Notes: a model not told the origin generated them from the sequence alone. A DNA stretch of 36,847 bases from Candidatus Zixiibacteriota bacterium (GCA_040235515.1 JBECKX010000101.1:1-36847); one strand, 5' to 3'. Counted from the first letter of the stretch, positions 9,130 through 18,219 are shown. Translations and numbers: made by a program.

Positions 9130-11228
9130 CCAGGACTCACCTCCGGCCTGCGCGCGCTGTATGCGACCGCCATCTCAATCAGAAGAAGAATGAATCCGAG
9201 CAGGAGAAAGAGTTTCCAGAGTTCGGTGCCGAAGCGTGCCGATTCGATCAGCTCAGCGGCGTTGGCATCGTAGTCGAGGATAACGATACGCGCGCCGGCA
9301 ATTTTGCCGCCGACGGCATCCGAGTCGGTATAGAGTTCCTCCGATTCTTCAGGAGGGAAATTCACCGCGAAGAGGTCGACCAGGTTACGATCGCCGAATA
9401 TCTGATAGATACCGGGCTGGTCGAGGACACCAAGATTGAAGACCACCGCACCTGCACGCGCGCTGGGTGATACTTGAACGCTGTCGCCGAGGGGCGTGAC
9501 CATTACGAAGCTGCGAGCACTCTGTGGCCCCAGCTCGCGTGAGACCTCCGAGCCGGCGAGGATCTGTTCACGCTGGCTGAGTGGTTCAGACACGAGGTAT
9601 TCGACCGAGCGATTCAGTAGAATCACGAGCAGCGGCCGAAAGACGATATCGGTGTAGTCTTCGTTCGGGCTGAACGTAAACAGCAGAGCCTTGCCGCGGC
9701 CGATGTTACCCTCCAATACGGCGGGTGTGTTGTCGGAATAGCGAGCGAGCACGGTTGCTTTTGGGGATTCGATAACTTTGTAGTGGCCAAGGAACTCGGC
9801 CTGCGGACGTTTATCCTCCCGAACCTGCTTGTAGGGGGAGAAAAGCGGGTGATCCAGTTCGAAGCGATTCAGCAGGTACTTCCCCTCGCCCGGCTTCGGC
9901 AGCGGTGGAGCTTCCACGGTTTGGACACCGAAGATGGGGTTGGCGATTTCGCTGCTGAAATCGGCAAAATCGAGGCTGGGACGCATCATGAAGAGTGCCG
10001 CGCCACCGGTATTGAGATAGTTGCGCAGGGATGAGACGAGTGGTTGCGGAAGTCGGCCGCTGACATCCACGATGACGACATCATAGTCGAACAGGTTGGC
10101 GTTACCGGCTTGAATCGCACCGATGAGATCCATCTGACGCACACCACCTTTGCCCTGCTCGGGGACAAGGGCGTTGCGGATATAGTAGGCCTCCTGATCA
10201 TTCTCCGAAATCAGGGCGATCTTGTTACCTGAGGGCACGCGCATACCAAAATAGGCGCGGTTATCGGGTGGAAGATCATCGTCGTCGATCGCGATCTCGC
10301 CGGAGAGGAACCCGGATTGTTTGGGAGTATGTGTGAAGGTGACTGTTCCTTCACCATCGGGCGGTATAGAGAGATCGGTTTGTGCAACACGGTTTTCGCC
10401 GATCGTGAGGGCAACGAGCAATTCCGCCGAGAGTTGTGGCTTGAAGTTGCGTACGTCCGCCTGCAACTGGAACGGTCTGCCGGTTGTGATGATCTGGTTC
10501 GGGAAATGAATCTCGGTAAGGGCTACGTTATCGATCTCGTCGAGAGAAACGTTGGCGAGAAATATACTCGGCTCAAGGTTCGCGGACTCGAAGAGGTTGA
10601 ACTCGAAGTTACGCCAGGCTTCACCCTGAAAGTCACTCACGACATAAATTTCCAGGTTTGGGTCGGTAGTCTGGGTGAGCAGCTCGAACGCACGCGTGAA
10701 CGCGGATTTGGGGTTGGCCTCGGCATAACCGGGCTCAATCTCCTGAATAGCATCCCGCAGTCGCTCGAATTCTACCGACGGTTCGCCGGAGTCGTAGATG
10801 ATGCGATTGGAAAAAGTTATCAGCGTGGTCCGCTCTTTCTCCGTGAAGTCGTCGAGGATCGAATCAAGTTTGTCTTTAGCGCGCTCGAAGTAGGTACCGG
10901 CGTTGGTTTCGGTTTGCATCGACCCCGAGACATCGAGGAGCAGGATGGCCGTAGTCGTAGTCTTGCCGCCGAGCGCGGGCAGATAGCCGCCCTCGATGGT
11001 GGGCCGGGCAAAAGCCAACGCGATCATCAGGAGTGCCAGGGTACGCAGGATCAGCAGCAGGATCTGACGGATCTTGAGCTTGCGCATCCGGGTCTTTTGC
11101 AGCGCCTGCAGGTACTTAACGGTCGAGAATTCAATGATCTTGACGCGCTGCTTGTTAAACAGGTGCAGTAGTAGCGGGATCGACGCCGCTGCCGCGAAGA
11201 GCAGCAAGAAAGGATTTATAAAATTCAT
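9126..11228 (-). CDS. BatA-domain / VWA membrane protein
   Basis: N-terminal BatA motif (F.NP..L....IPLLLHL...LRTLALL..ALAFARP), MIDAS DVSGSM and VSDFQ, C-terminal ELWK TM anchor. Confidence 0.9.
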   Translation of the reverse strand: MNFINPFLLLFAAAASIPLLLHLFNKQRVKIIEFSTVKYLQALQKTRMRKLKIRQILLLILRTLALLMIALAFARPTIEGGYLPALGGKTTTTAILLLDVSGSMQTETNAGTYFERAKDKLDSILDDFTEKERTTLITFSNRIIYDSGEPSVEFERLRDAIQEIEPGYAEANPKSAFTRAFELLTQTTDPNLEIYVVSDFQGEAWRNFEFNLFESANLEPSIFLANVSLDEIDNVALTEIHFPNQIITTGRPFQLQADVRNFKPQLSAELLVALTIGENRVAQTDLSIPPDGEGTVTFTHTPKQSGFLSGEIAIDDDDLPPDNRAYFGMRVPSGNKIALISENDQEAYYIRNALVPEQGKGGVRQMDLIGAIQAGNANLFDYDVVIVDVSGRLPQPLVSSLRNYLNTGGAALFMMRPSLDFADFSSEIANPIFGVQTVEAPPLPKPGEGKYLLNRFELDHPLFSPYKQVREDKRPQAEFLGHYKVIESPKATVLARYSDNTPAVLEGNIGRGKALLFTFSPNEDYTDIVFRPLLVILLNRSVEYLVSEPLSQREQILAGSEVSRELGPQSARSFVMVTPLGDSVQVSPSARAGAVVFNLGVLDQPGIYQIFGDRNLVDLFAVNFPPEESEELYTDSDAVGGKIAGARIVILDYDANAAELIESARFGTELWKLFLLLGFILLLIEMAVAYSARRPEVSPG

Positions 11229-11306
11229 ACTTTAAGTAATACTCTCGCTCACCCACGGATGTTCGTAACTAATCACCGGAATTGGTCGAATCGCCCGAAG
11301 CGGCGG

Positions 11307-13217
11307 TCAATTCCGGTATGGTGACTGAATGTAGCGTTCCGCAAGCTTGCGGTCAAGGTAGGCTGTTGGAAATTCCAGCACCTGCCGGTACTCGTTGATG
11401 GCCTGGTCGTGCTCTCCGGCGGCATCATACGCCATACCGAGCGCGAGGAATGTCTGTCCGAGGTAGAACATCCGTTCCTCCAGGAAGAGCGCGCTTTGAA
11501 GATGCGATTTGGCCAGATCGGTTGAGCCGAGTCGCAGCGCGGCACGACCCACCGCCAGGTGATTGAGCGGATTCTCACCCTGATTTACCGCCAGGATTTT
11601 GGCACGATCGAGGGCTTCCTGGTAGTAGAACTGACTCGAATCGGACACTCCCTGAGCCGCGAAGACATCCCCGATCCAGATATCAGCATCGATGAAGAAC
11701 GTCTCGGCTGTAGTGAGGGCGCGAGCGCGCTGAAACAATTCCAGCGCGTTGCTGTGGTTGCCCCGATCGAGTTCAATTTGACCAAGTTTGAAATAGGTCA
11801 TATAGGCGAGGCTATCATCCCGTGCTACTTCATAATAAAGATCCTCGGCCTGTGGAATCTCCCCCTGGGCCAGCAGCATATTAGCCAGGAACAGTCTCTC
11901 GTTCTTGGCCTTTCCACGAGCGGACTCTACCATCTTTCGGACGAACTTCTCAGCCTTGTTGTATTCGCCAAAGGTGAAGTAGAGGTTGGCCAGCTCATCG
12001 GCGACATCGGTTGAATCCCCGGTCTCCCGCAATTTTGCTTCAGTGAAATAGAGAGTTTCGCTGAGACTGAGGAACTGGTTGGCGCGCGTGGCGAAGTACT
12101 CAAGAGAGTTCGGATTGATCGTTAATGTATCGAGATAGTGGTGCCACTCATTCAGCGCTTCGGTCATTGGTTTGCCGTAGGCATCGGCAAACGACTCTGC
12201 CAGCGTCAGATCAGTGGCTGCGAGGTACCAATTTCTGAAGCGGGCATCCCCGCTCTTCCTGATCAGGTAATAGGCAAACGAGCCGGCGGCGCCTGTAGAG
12301 AGCCGGCGGTCGAGCGCCCGGAAATCTGCGCTGCGTCCGAGGGAGGCAAGATCAGGCAGGGTGCCATCTGCATAGGCCTGTTTGGCGAAGTAATCGGCAT
12401 ACTCGAGGGTGCTGGCGACGCCCTCCAGCAACAGCGACGGTGCGTAACCCCAGATCCGCATGAACTTTACCATATAGACGACCTGGGGGTGCAGCTCGTT
12501 GACACCGTGCGAGAATTCGGCGAAGATATTCTTGCGCGCGAAATCGTAGCCATTCTTCCAGCGTTTGTCCCAACCGATATCAGACGGTACGCAGGGACAG
12601 ATATAGTAGAAGCTCTTGTCGCGTTCGTTGATATGGAAGACGCTGACCAGTTGATCGTAGTCATACTCGACCGCATCCCTGATCGGGTTCCAGCGGTAAT
12701 CGCCGAGTGTGCGTTTGACGAAGTAGAAGTCGAAGTCGCCGGAGGGATCGCTCTCATATCCGTCGCCACCGAAAGTATAGCTACAGTCAGATTTTGACGT
12801 GCCGAGAGAATCGAAGGTAATCCTGACCCTGTAAGTCGACTTGCCCCGCACCAGTACGGAGTCAAAGAATACCGATGCCTCCTTGATCACCACTCGTTCG
12901 TCGAAGTAGTTCTGAGGGATTCTGTCGTAGGCATTGAGAGTGGAGCGGAGACTGATGATCGAATCGGTGACGACCGTGGTATTCAAGTTGCAGGTGAAGT
13001 TCCCCATGCTGAAGTAGAAGGGGTCACGCGTCGGCGCTACGTAGCTGCGCGAATCGACAACTTCCCAGGAACGGCCCTCAACTTTCTCCATGAAGTCGCA
13101 GGTAAAGAAAAGCGCTTGCTGCGACTGAGCCAGCAATGGGCTGACGAACAGCAAGAGGAGGAGGATTGACAATGTCGCGGTTGTTGTTTCGATCCTGGCG
13201 TTGGCTATTTGACTCAA
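11307..13217 (-). CDS. Secreted TPR protein with a degenerate peptidase-MA/gluzincin-like middle domain
   Basis: Signal peptide ending PLLA; P.LL.EG.A motif; about 6 C-terminal TPRs (LANLYFTFGEYNKA, LGQIELDRGNHSNA, LGMAYDAAGEHDQA); TTG start position uncertain. Confidence 0.75.
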   Translation of the reverse strand: MSQIANARIETTTATLSILLLLLFVSPLLAQSQQALFFTCDFMEKVEGRSWEVVDSRSYVAPTRDPFYFSMGNFTCNLNTTVVTDSIISLRSTLNAYDRIPQNYFDERVVIKEASVFFDSVLVRGKSTYRVRITFDSLGTSKSDCSYTFGGDGYESDPSGDFDFYFVKRTLGDYRWNPIRDAVEYDYDQLVSVFHINERDKSFYYICPCVPSDIGWDKRWKNGYDFARKNIFAEFSHGVNELHPQVVYMVKFMRIWGYAPSLLLEGVASTLEYADYFAKQAYADGTLPDLASLGRSADFRALDRRLSTGAAGSFAYYLIRKSGDARFRNWYLAATDLTLAESFADAYGKPMTEALNEWHHYLDTLTINPNSLEYFATRANQFLSLSETLYFTEAKLRETGDSTDVADELANLYFTFGEYNKAEKFVRKMVESARGKAKNERLFLANMLLAQGEIPQAEDLYYEVARDDSLAYMTYFKLGQIELDRGNHSNALELFQRARALTTAETFFIDADIWIGDVFAAQGVSDSSQFYYQEALDRAKILAVNQGENPLNHLAVGRAALRLGSTDLAKSHLQSALFLEERMFYLGQTFLALGMAYDAAGEHDQAINEYRQVLEFPTAYLDRKLAERYIQSPYRN

Positions 13218-13254
13218 CAGCTTGTCCTATCTTGTGGTTTACGTGACGTTTACT

Positions 13255-14004
13255 TCAACTCGAAGCAACGGCGTTCATCGTTACGATTCTGCCTTCGACC
13301 AGCTGCGGGATGATGGGAATCGCATCGATCGACGCGGCTGTTTTGAGATCGGCGGCGAATCCAAGGCTGCTTAAGTAGCGCGCATGGTCAGCCTCCGAGA
13401 TGGCATCGAGTAACGGCCTGCTCTCTGCGTTATACAATTGCAGTGCCGCCCGCGCTGCATCATTGCTGTCGTGAATAGTAACGCGGCTACCCTCGGATTT
13501 GACTAATCGCTCGATCAGCGCACCGCCGCAGAGGGTGTCCTCGAGGGCGAAAACGCCAAGTTTGCCGGAACAGGCGATGAGAATATCGCGCTGTTCGTCT
13601 GCGAGAAACTGTGCCATCGCCGAGAGATTGCTGAAGCCGCAGACCAGTGTCAGCGCTGCCCGGGCAGTTTTCACCAGCGTGCGCGAACCGTTGGTGGAGG
13701 CGAAGATCAGAGTCATACCCTTTACAACGTCGGGTGCGTACTCATCCGGCGAGTTCCCGAGGTCAAATCCGGGCAGTTTCTGGCCAAGCCGTTCACCGCA
13801 GAGGAGCGCCGCTTCCGGTCCGATCGAGGCGTGGATATTGCGCGCTTTCTCTAAGTCATCGCAGGGAATGATTGCTTTGCAGCCATTTTTCAGAGCGGTG
13901 CAAATTGTCGTTGAGGCGCGCAGTACATCGATGACGACCGCTACACGATTTTCGAGGTGTTCCTGCTTGATCGTGTCTGGAGTGAAGTGAAGATCAATTC
14001 GCAT
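13255..14004 (-). CDS. comB: 2-phosphosulfolactate phosphatase family protein
   Basis: VIDVLRASTTI, LCGER.G, GFDLGNSP, STNGSR and EDTLCGG motifs; start moved to ATG 14004 (MRIDLHF) to avoid overlap with gcvT. Confidence 0.9.
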   Translation of the reverse strand: MRIDLHFTPDTIKQEHLENRVAVVIDVLRASTTICTALKNGCKAIIPCDDLEKARNIHASIGPEAALLCGERLGQKLPGFDLGNSPDEYAPDVVKGMTLIFASTNGSRTLVKTARAALTLVCGFSNLSAMAQFLADEQRDILIACSGKLGVFALEDTLCGGALIERLVKSEGSRVTIHDSNDAARAALQLYNAESRPLLDAISEADHARYLSSLGFAADLKTAASIDAIPIIPQLVEGRIVTMNAVASS

Positions 14005-14059
14005 AGAGAGTCTGTAGTTGAGCCTGTATCCTGAACCTGTGTATGAATCCCTTGACAGA

Positions 14060-15157
14060 TTACTTGCGAGTTCCCTGTGTGTAGAATGGTCCCTTGATCT
14101 GGAGCGCCGGTACTCTTTTGCCACGGATATCGATATCAACCGATTCGCCCGTTTTGGCGTACTGGCGCGCGACATAACCCATGGCGATACCTTTCTCCGA
14201 CACCGGGCTGAAAGCGCCTGAAGTAACATGGCCCACCTCTTCGTCGCCTACGAAGAGTTTGTAACCGTGGCGCGGGATCGCTTTCTCCTCCAGAACCAGT
14301 GCCTGTAGCCTGCGCTGCGGTTTGGCATCCTTCATCTTCACGATTTCCTCGCGGCCAATGAATTCGCCTTTGTCGGGCTTGCAGATCCAGCTCAATCCAG
14401 CTTCGATCGGGTTGGTGGTTTGATCGATGTCGTTCCCGTAAAGCATATAGCGCATCTCCAGGCGCAGGCTATCACGTGCGCCGAGGCCGATCGGCTCGAT
14501 GTCGAATTCCTTGCCCGCTGCTATTGTCTTGTGCCACAGCTCCTCGGCGATCGAGGGATCGCAGTAGATCTCGAATCCATCCTCGCCGGTGTAGCCGGTA
14601 CGGCTGAAGAGAGTATCCTTGCCGCAAAGCTTGGTACGTGCCGCGTGGTAGTAAGGCAGCAGGCTGAGATTGTAGTCGGTCAGTTTGGCCATAACCTGCT
14701 CCGCATTCGGGCCCTGAATCGCGAGCAGACCGTATTGATCCGAGAGATTGGTCAACTCGAGATTGGCCGGCTTATGCTGCATCAGCCAATCGAAATCCTT
14801 CTCCAGGTTGGCTGCATTGACTACCAGGAAGAAGCCGCCATCAATACGATAGACGAGGAGATCATCGACCACGCCGCCGTCGGGGTAGCACATAGCGGAG
14901 TACTGCACCTGCCATTCGGTCAGCTTCGAGGCATCATTTGTCGTCATTTTCTGAACGAAATCGAGCGCACCCTCGCCGCGCACGAAGAACTCACCCATGT
15001 GGGAGAGATCGAAGGCGCCGACTGTCTGGCGGACGCGGAGGTGTTCTTTCTGGATCGAGTGATATTGAATCGGCATCCGGTAACCGGCAAATTCAACCAT
15101 CTTTGCCCCAAGTTGTTCATTGATGGTTGTGAAGGGAGTACGTTTTATTTCAGACAT
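14060..15157 (-). CDS. gcvT: Glycine cleavage system aminomethyltransferase T
   Basis: KRTP...GAKMVEFAGY.MP, FDLSHMGE, AIQGP, SRTGYTGEDGFE, GLGARDSLRLE; start ATG 15157 (MSEIKRTP) with AGTAGGT upstream. Confidence 0.97.
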   Translation of the reverse strand: MSEIKRTPFTTINEQLGAKMVEFAGYRMPIQYHSIQKEHLRVRQTVGAFDLSHMGEFFVRGEGALDFVQKMTTNDASKLTEWQVQYSAMCYPDGGVVDDLLVYRIDGGFFLVVNAANLEKDFDWLMQHKPANLELTNLSDQYGLLAIQGPNAEQVMAKLTDYNLSLLPYYHAARTKLCGKDTLFSRTGYTGEDGFEIYCDPSIAEELWHKTIAAGKEFDIEPIGLGARDSLRLEMRYMLYGNDIDQTTNPIEAGLSWICKPDKGEFIGREEIVKMKDAKPQRRLQALVLEEKAIPRHGYKLFVGDEEVGHVTSGAFSPVSEKGIAMGYVARQYAKTGESVDIDIRGKRVPALQIKGPFYTQGTRK

Positions 15158-15244
15158 CGCATACCTACTTACTGTTGCCGCTCTTCGACTTGAGTCAAAT
15201 TGTACTGAGACGGAGTCGAGCGGATTACAATTTGTCAACTGACG

Positions 15245-15273
15245 AGAATACGCAAGTTGGGCGTTACGGTCAA
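15245..15273 (-). promoter_or_regulatory. Putative sigma70 promoter of the gcvT operon (TTGACC-N17-TATTCT)
   Basis: Near-consensus hexamers with 17-bp spacing, 87 bp upstream of the start. Confidence 0.6.
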
Positions 15274-15368
15274 AGGGTTTTCGGGGCACGATGCGAGAAG
15301 GGGCGCGGCAGCTCGTTGGTTGCTGCGATCCTTGTGACAGAAAAATGACAGAAGGGGCCGCAATGAAA

Positions 15369-15396
15369 ATGAACTTTTTTAGACCGATTTCGTCTT
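15369..15396 (+). promoter_or_regulatory. Putative ECF promoter ATGAAC-N16-CGTCTT upstream of the lipoprotein
   Basis: GAAC 15371-74, T-rich 16-bp spacer, CGTC 15391-94; 36 bp before the ATG. Confidence 0.55.
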
Positions 15397-15432
15397 ACTT
15401 CCCGGACGTTAACCTTTTCGCAGAGGTGTTGT

Positions 15433-15894
15433 ATGAAAAGGATAGCACTGCTTCTTGTCCTCGTCCTGATGTTCGTTTATTCATGCGGCGATGATCGAAA
15501 CGTCAATCCCGGCGAACCGGAGCTGGTCGGCGTAATCAAACCGGTTATCTCTGGAAATGAGATTGTCTTCAAGGGGGTGGGCGTGGTGCACATCAGTAAT
15601 CTGCCTGATGAGCTGCGACTGAATCACACTGCCTTTGATGGTTGTGGATCCGATCACTGGATCTACGACAATGTAGACAATGAGTGGGACAAGTTCACCT
15701 CCCGCGGCGGAGATGTTTGCACTGACGCGCTGCAGCCGATGTCGCACCTGTTTGCGGCCAGAGGGTTCATTCCGGCCCGGTATGTGAGCGACAACGCCGA
15801 GGTGCGGATACGCTTCGATACACCGGAGAAGGTAGAGGATATTCTGGTGCCGGCAGACTACTCACTGGAAGTATTGGTGATTGAGTCGGAATAA
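15433..15894 (+). CDS. Hypothetical lipoprotein
   Basis: MKR, hydrophobic core, lipobox VYSC; GAGGTG RBS; two further Cys (DGCGSDH, DVCTDAL) that probably form a disulfide. Confidence 0.8.
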   Translation: MKRIALLLVLVLMFVYSCGDDRNVNPGEPELVGVIKPVISGNEIVFKGVGVVHISNLPDELRLNHTAFDGCGSDHWIYDNVDNEWDKFTSRGGDVCTDALQPMSHLFAARGFIPARYVSDNAEVRIRFDTPEKVEDILVPADYSLEVLVIESE

Positions 15895-16043
15895 CCGGAA
15901 GTTAATTCAAGCAGGTTTTCGGAATCAGCAGGCGTGCCGTGGCGTACGGGTTATACAAGACTCGTTCGCCTACGCCTGCTCGAGGCCTGTTTCAGTCAAC
16001 CGATTAGAGCGGGCTGGGCGAGTGTCCGCATCTTCGCTGCGGT

Positions 16044-16065
16044 GGCCGAATATATTCGGCCCTAC
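16044..16065 (-). repeat. GTAG-type REP-like palindrome
   Basis: Minus strand reads GTAG followed by the perfect 18-bp palindrome GGCCGAATATATTCGGCC, in a convergent intergenic region. Confidence 0.55.
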
Positions 16066-16165
16066 GGAGGGTGTGTTCTCGGCCGGGTCGCGTCTATGCA
16101 GGACGCGGAATGCTTCCCCCCAATGTAAGTGTGGTCTAAGTCTACCTGCTAAGTTTCCGCCACAG

Positions 16166-16203
16166 AAAAAGAGAAGCGCGGAGTACAAGAACGCACTCCG
16201 CGC
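16166..16203 (-). terminator. Intrinsic terminator downstream of aconitase
   Basis: 9-bp stem GCGCGGAGT/ACTCCGCGC followed on the minus strand by TTCTCTTTTT. Confidence 0.7.
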
Positions 16204-16272
16204 ATGAATCGTAATTACCTGACATCGACAACTTGCCCTGCAGAGTACGCCGAGCGAAGCCGACGGTGACTC

Positions 16273-18219
16273 CTAGGCCGGTACCGGTTCGCCGGCGCCT
16301 TCCTTGGTGAAGTTGAGCAAGCCGCCCGACTTCAGTATCTCAATCTGTCGTGCTGAGAGATCAAACTGAGCCGTGAATTCATAGCCCTGCGTGACATTCT
16401 TGACGGTGACCTTGTGATCAGCCGACGAAATCTGCTGCGGGGCGTTGGTAATTTCCAGCATGTCATTCTGTTTCAGCTTATCGTAGTCAGCCGGGTTGGT
16501 GAAAGTCAACGGCAGGATACCGAAGTTGACGAGGTTCGTTTTGTGTATGCGTGCGAATGATTTTGCCAGCACGAACTGGAGGCCGAGATACATCGGAGCC
16601 AGTGCGGCGTGCTCGCGCGATGAGCCCTGCCCGTAGTTTTCACCACCCACGATGGTGAAAGCACCTTCAGCCTTAGCGCGCTTGGCAAATTCCTGATCGA
16701 CGTAGAAGAAGACGAACTCCGAAATCGCCGGAATATTGGAACGCAGCGGCAGCACCTTGGCGCCGGCCGGCATGATATGGTCGGTTGTGATGTTGTCCTC
16801 AAGCTTGAGCAGTGCTTTGCCGGCGAGTCTGTCGTTCATCGCGCCACGCTTCGGCAGCGGCTTGATGTTCGGTCCGCGAGCTATCTCCGGCTTGTCGCCG
16901 TTGGTGGGCGGATTGATGATACCGCGGTCATCGATATAGAACTCGGTCGGCAGACGCAGATCGGGTTGTTTGCCGAGATCGCGCGGATCGGTGATTTTGC
17001 CGGTGAGGGCTGTCGCCACGCAAACCTCGGGGGAGGTCAGATAAACCTGGGCATCCTTGGTGCCGGAGCGACCGACGAAGTTGCGGTTGAAGGAGCGTAC
17101 CGAGACGCCATTCGAAGGTGGCGCCTGGCCCATCCCGATGCAGGGGCCGCAAGCCGATTCGAGGATACGCGCACCGGCGGCGATGATATCAGAAAGCGCT
17201 CCCGATTTCGAGACCATCGTGTAGACCTGCTTGGAACCGGGTGAAACGGTGAGGTCAACGGACGGATGAACCTGCTTGCCGCGCAGCATGGCTGCGGTGA
17301 CTTCCAGATCATGAATCGACGAGTTGGTGCAGGAGCCGATACAGACCTGCATAACTTCGGTGCCCTCGACGTCGCGCACGCGCACGACATTATCGGGTGA
17401 GTGTGGTTTGGCGATCAACGGTTCGAGCTTGTCGAGATCGATTTCGATCACCTTGTCGTAAGTGCAGCCTTCATCAGCCGCCATCGGAGTGTAGGCTGAT
17501 TCGCGTCCCTGCATCTTCAGATATTTGCGGGTGTTTTCGTCTGAGGGGAAGATCGAGGTGGTCGCGCCAAGCTCGGCGCCCATGTTGGTAATAGTGGCGC
17601 GCTGGGTCACCTCCAGAGACGCGACACCCTCACCGAAGTACTCGATGATATTGCCGACGCCGCCCTTGACGGTGAGCTGGCGGAGAACTTCGAGGATGAC
17701 ATCCTTGCCCGAGACCCATTCCTGCAGCTTGCCCTTGAGATGCACACCGACGATTCGTGGACAGGGCAGATAGAAGGGGCCACCACCCATCGCGACGGCA
17801 ACATCAAGACCACCGGCGCCGATCGCGATCATACCGATACCGCCATTGGTGGGGGTATGGGAATCGGAACCGAGCAGGGTTTTGCCCGGTACGCCGAAGC
17901 GTTCGAGGTGAACCTGGTGGCAGATGCCATTGCCGGGCTTGGAGAAGTGGATTCCGTAGTTGGCGGCAACGGTACGCAGGTAGCGGTGGTCGTCGGCGTT
18001 TTCGAATCCCGCCTGCAGCATATTGTGATCAACGTAGGAAACGGAGATATCGGTTTTCACTTTATCGAGGCCCAATGCTTCAAATTGCAGGTAGGCCATC
18101 GTGCCTGTCGCGTCCTGAGTGAGGGTCTGATCGATCCGAATCCCGATCTCGTTACCCAACTCAAGTTTACCATCAACTAAGTGTGCTTTCAGAATTTTGT
18201 ATGCGAGTGTATCGGCCAT
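16273..18219 (-). CDS. acn: Aconitate hydratase (short, Aquifex-type)
   Basis: DQTLTQDATGT, GICHQVH, GSDSHT, IGSCTN, ACGPCIGMG, ITTDHI, NYGQGSSREHAA; start ATG 18219 with AAGGAG RBS. Confidence 0.95.
   Translation of the reverse strand: MADTLAYKILKAHLVDGKLELGNEIGIRIDQTLTQDATGTMAYLQFEALGLDKVKTDISVSYVDHNMLQAGFENADDHRYLRTVAANYGIHFSKPGNGICHQVHLERFGVPGKTLLGSDSHTPTNGGIGMIAIGAGGLDVAVAMGGGPFYLPCPRIVGVHLKGKLQEWVSGKDVILEVLRQLTVKGGVGNIIEYFGEGVASLEVTQRATITNMGAELGATTSIFPSDENTRKYLKMQGRESAYTPMAADEGCTYDKVIEIDLDKLEPLIAKPHSPDNVVRVRDVEGTEVMQVCIGSCTNSSIHDLEVTAAMLRGKQVHPSVDLTVSPGSKQVYTMVSKSGALSDIIAAGARILESACGPCIGMGQAPPSNGVSVRSFNRNFVGRSGTKDAQVYLTSPEVCVATALTGKITDPRDLGKQPDLRLPTEFYIDDRGIINPPTNGDKPEIARGPNIKPLPKRGAMNDRLAGKALLKLEDNITTDHIMPAGAKVLPLRSNIPAISEFVFFYVDQEFAKRAKAEGAFTIVGGENYGQGSSREHAALAPMYLGLQFVLAKSFARIHKTNLVNFGILPLTFTNPADYDKLKQNDMLEITNAPQQISSADHKVTVKNVTQGYEFTAQFDLSARQIEILKSGGLLNFTKEGAGEPVPA

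Noticed and set aside
14005..14229. N-terminal extensions given in the ORF track for comB (and likewise gcvT, acn, the second M16 gene and the fibre gene)
   Set aside because: They overlap neighbouring genes or promoters; family homology, signal peptides and RBS positions support downstream starts
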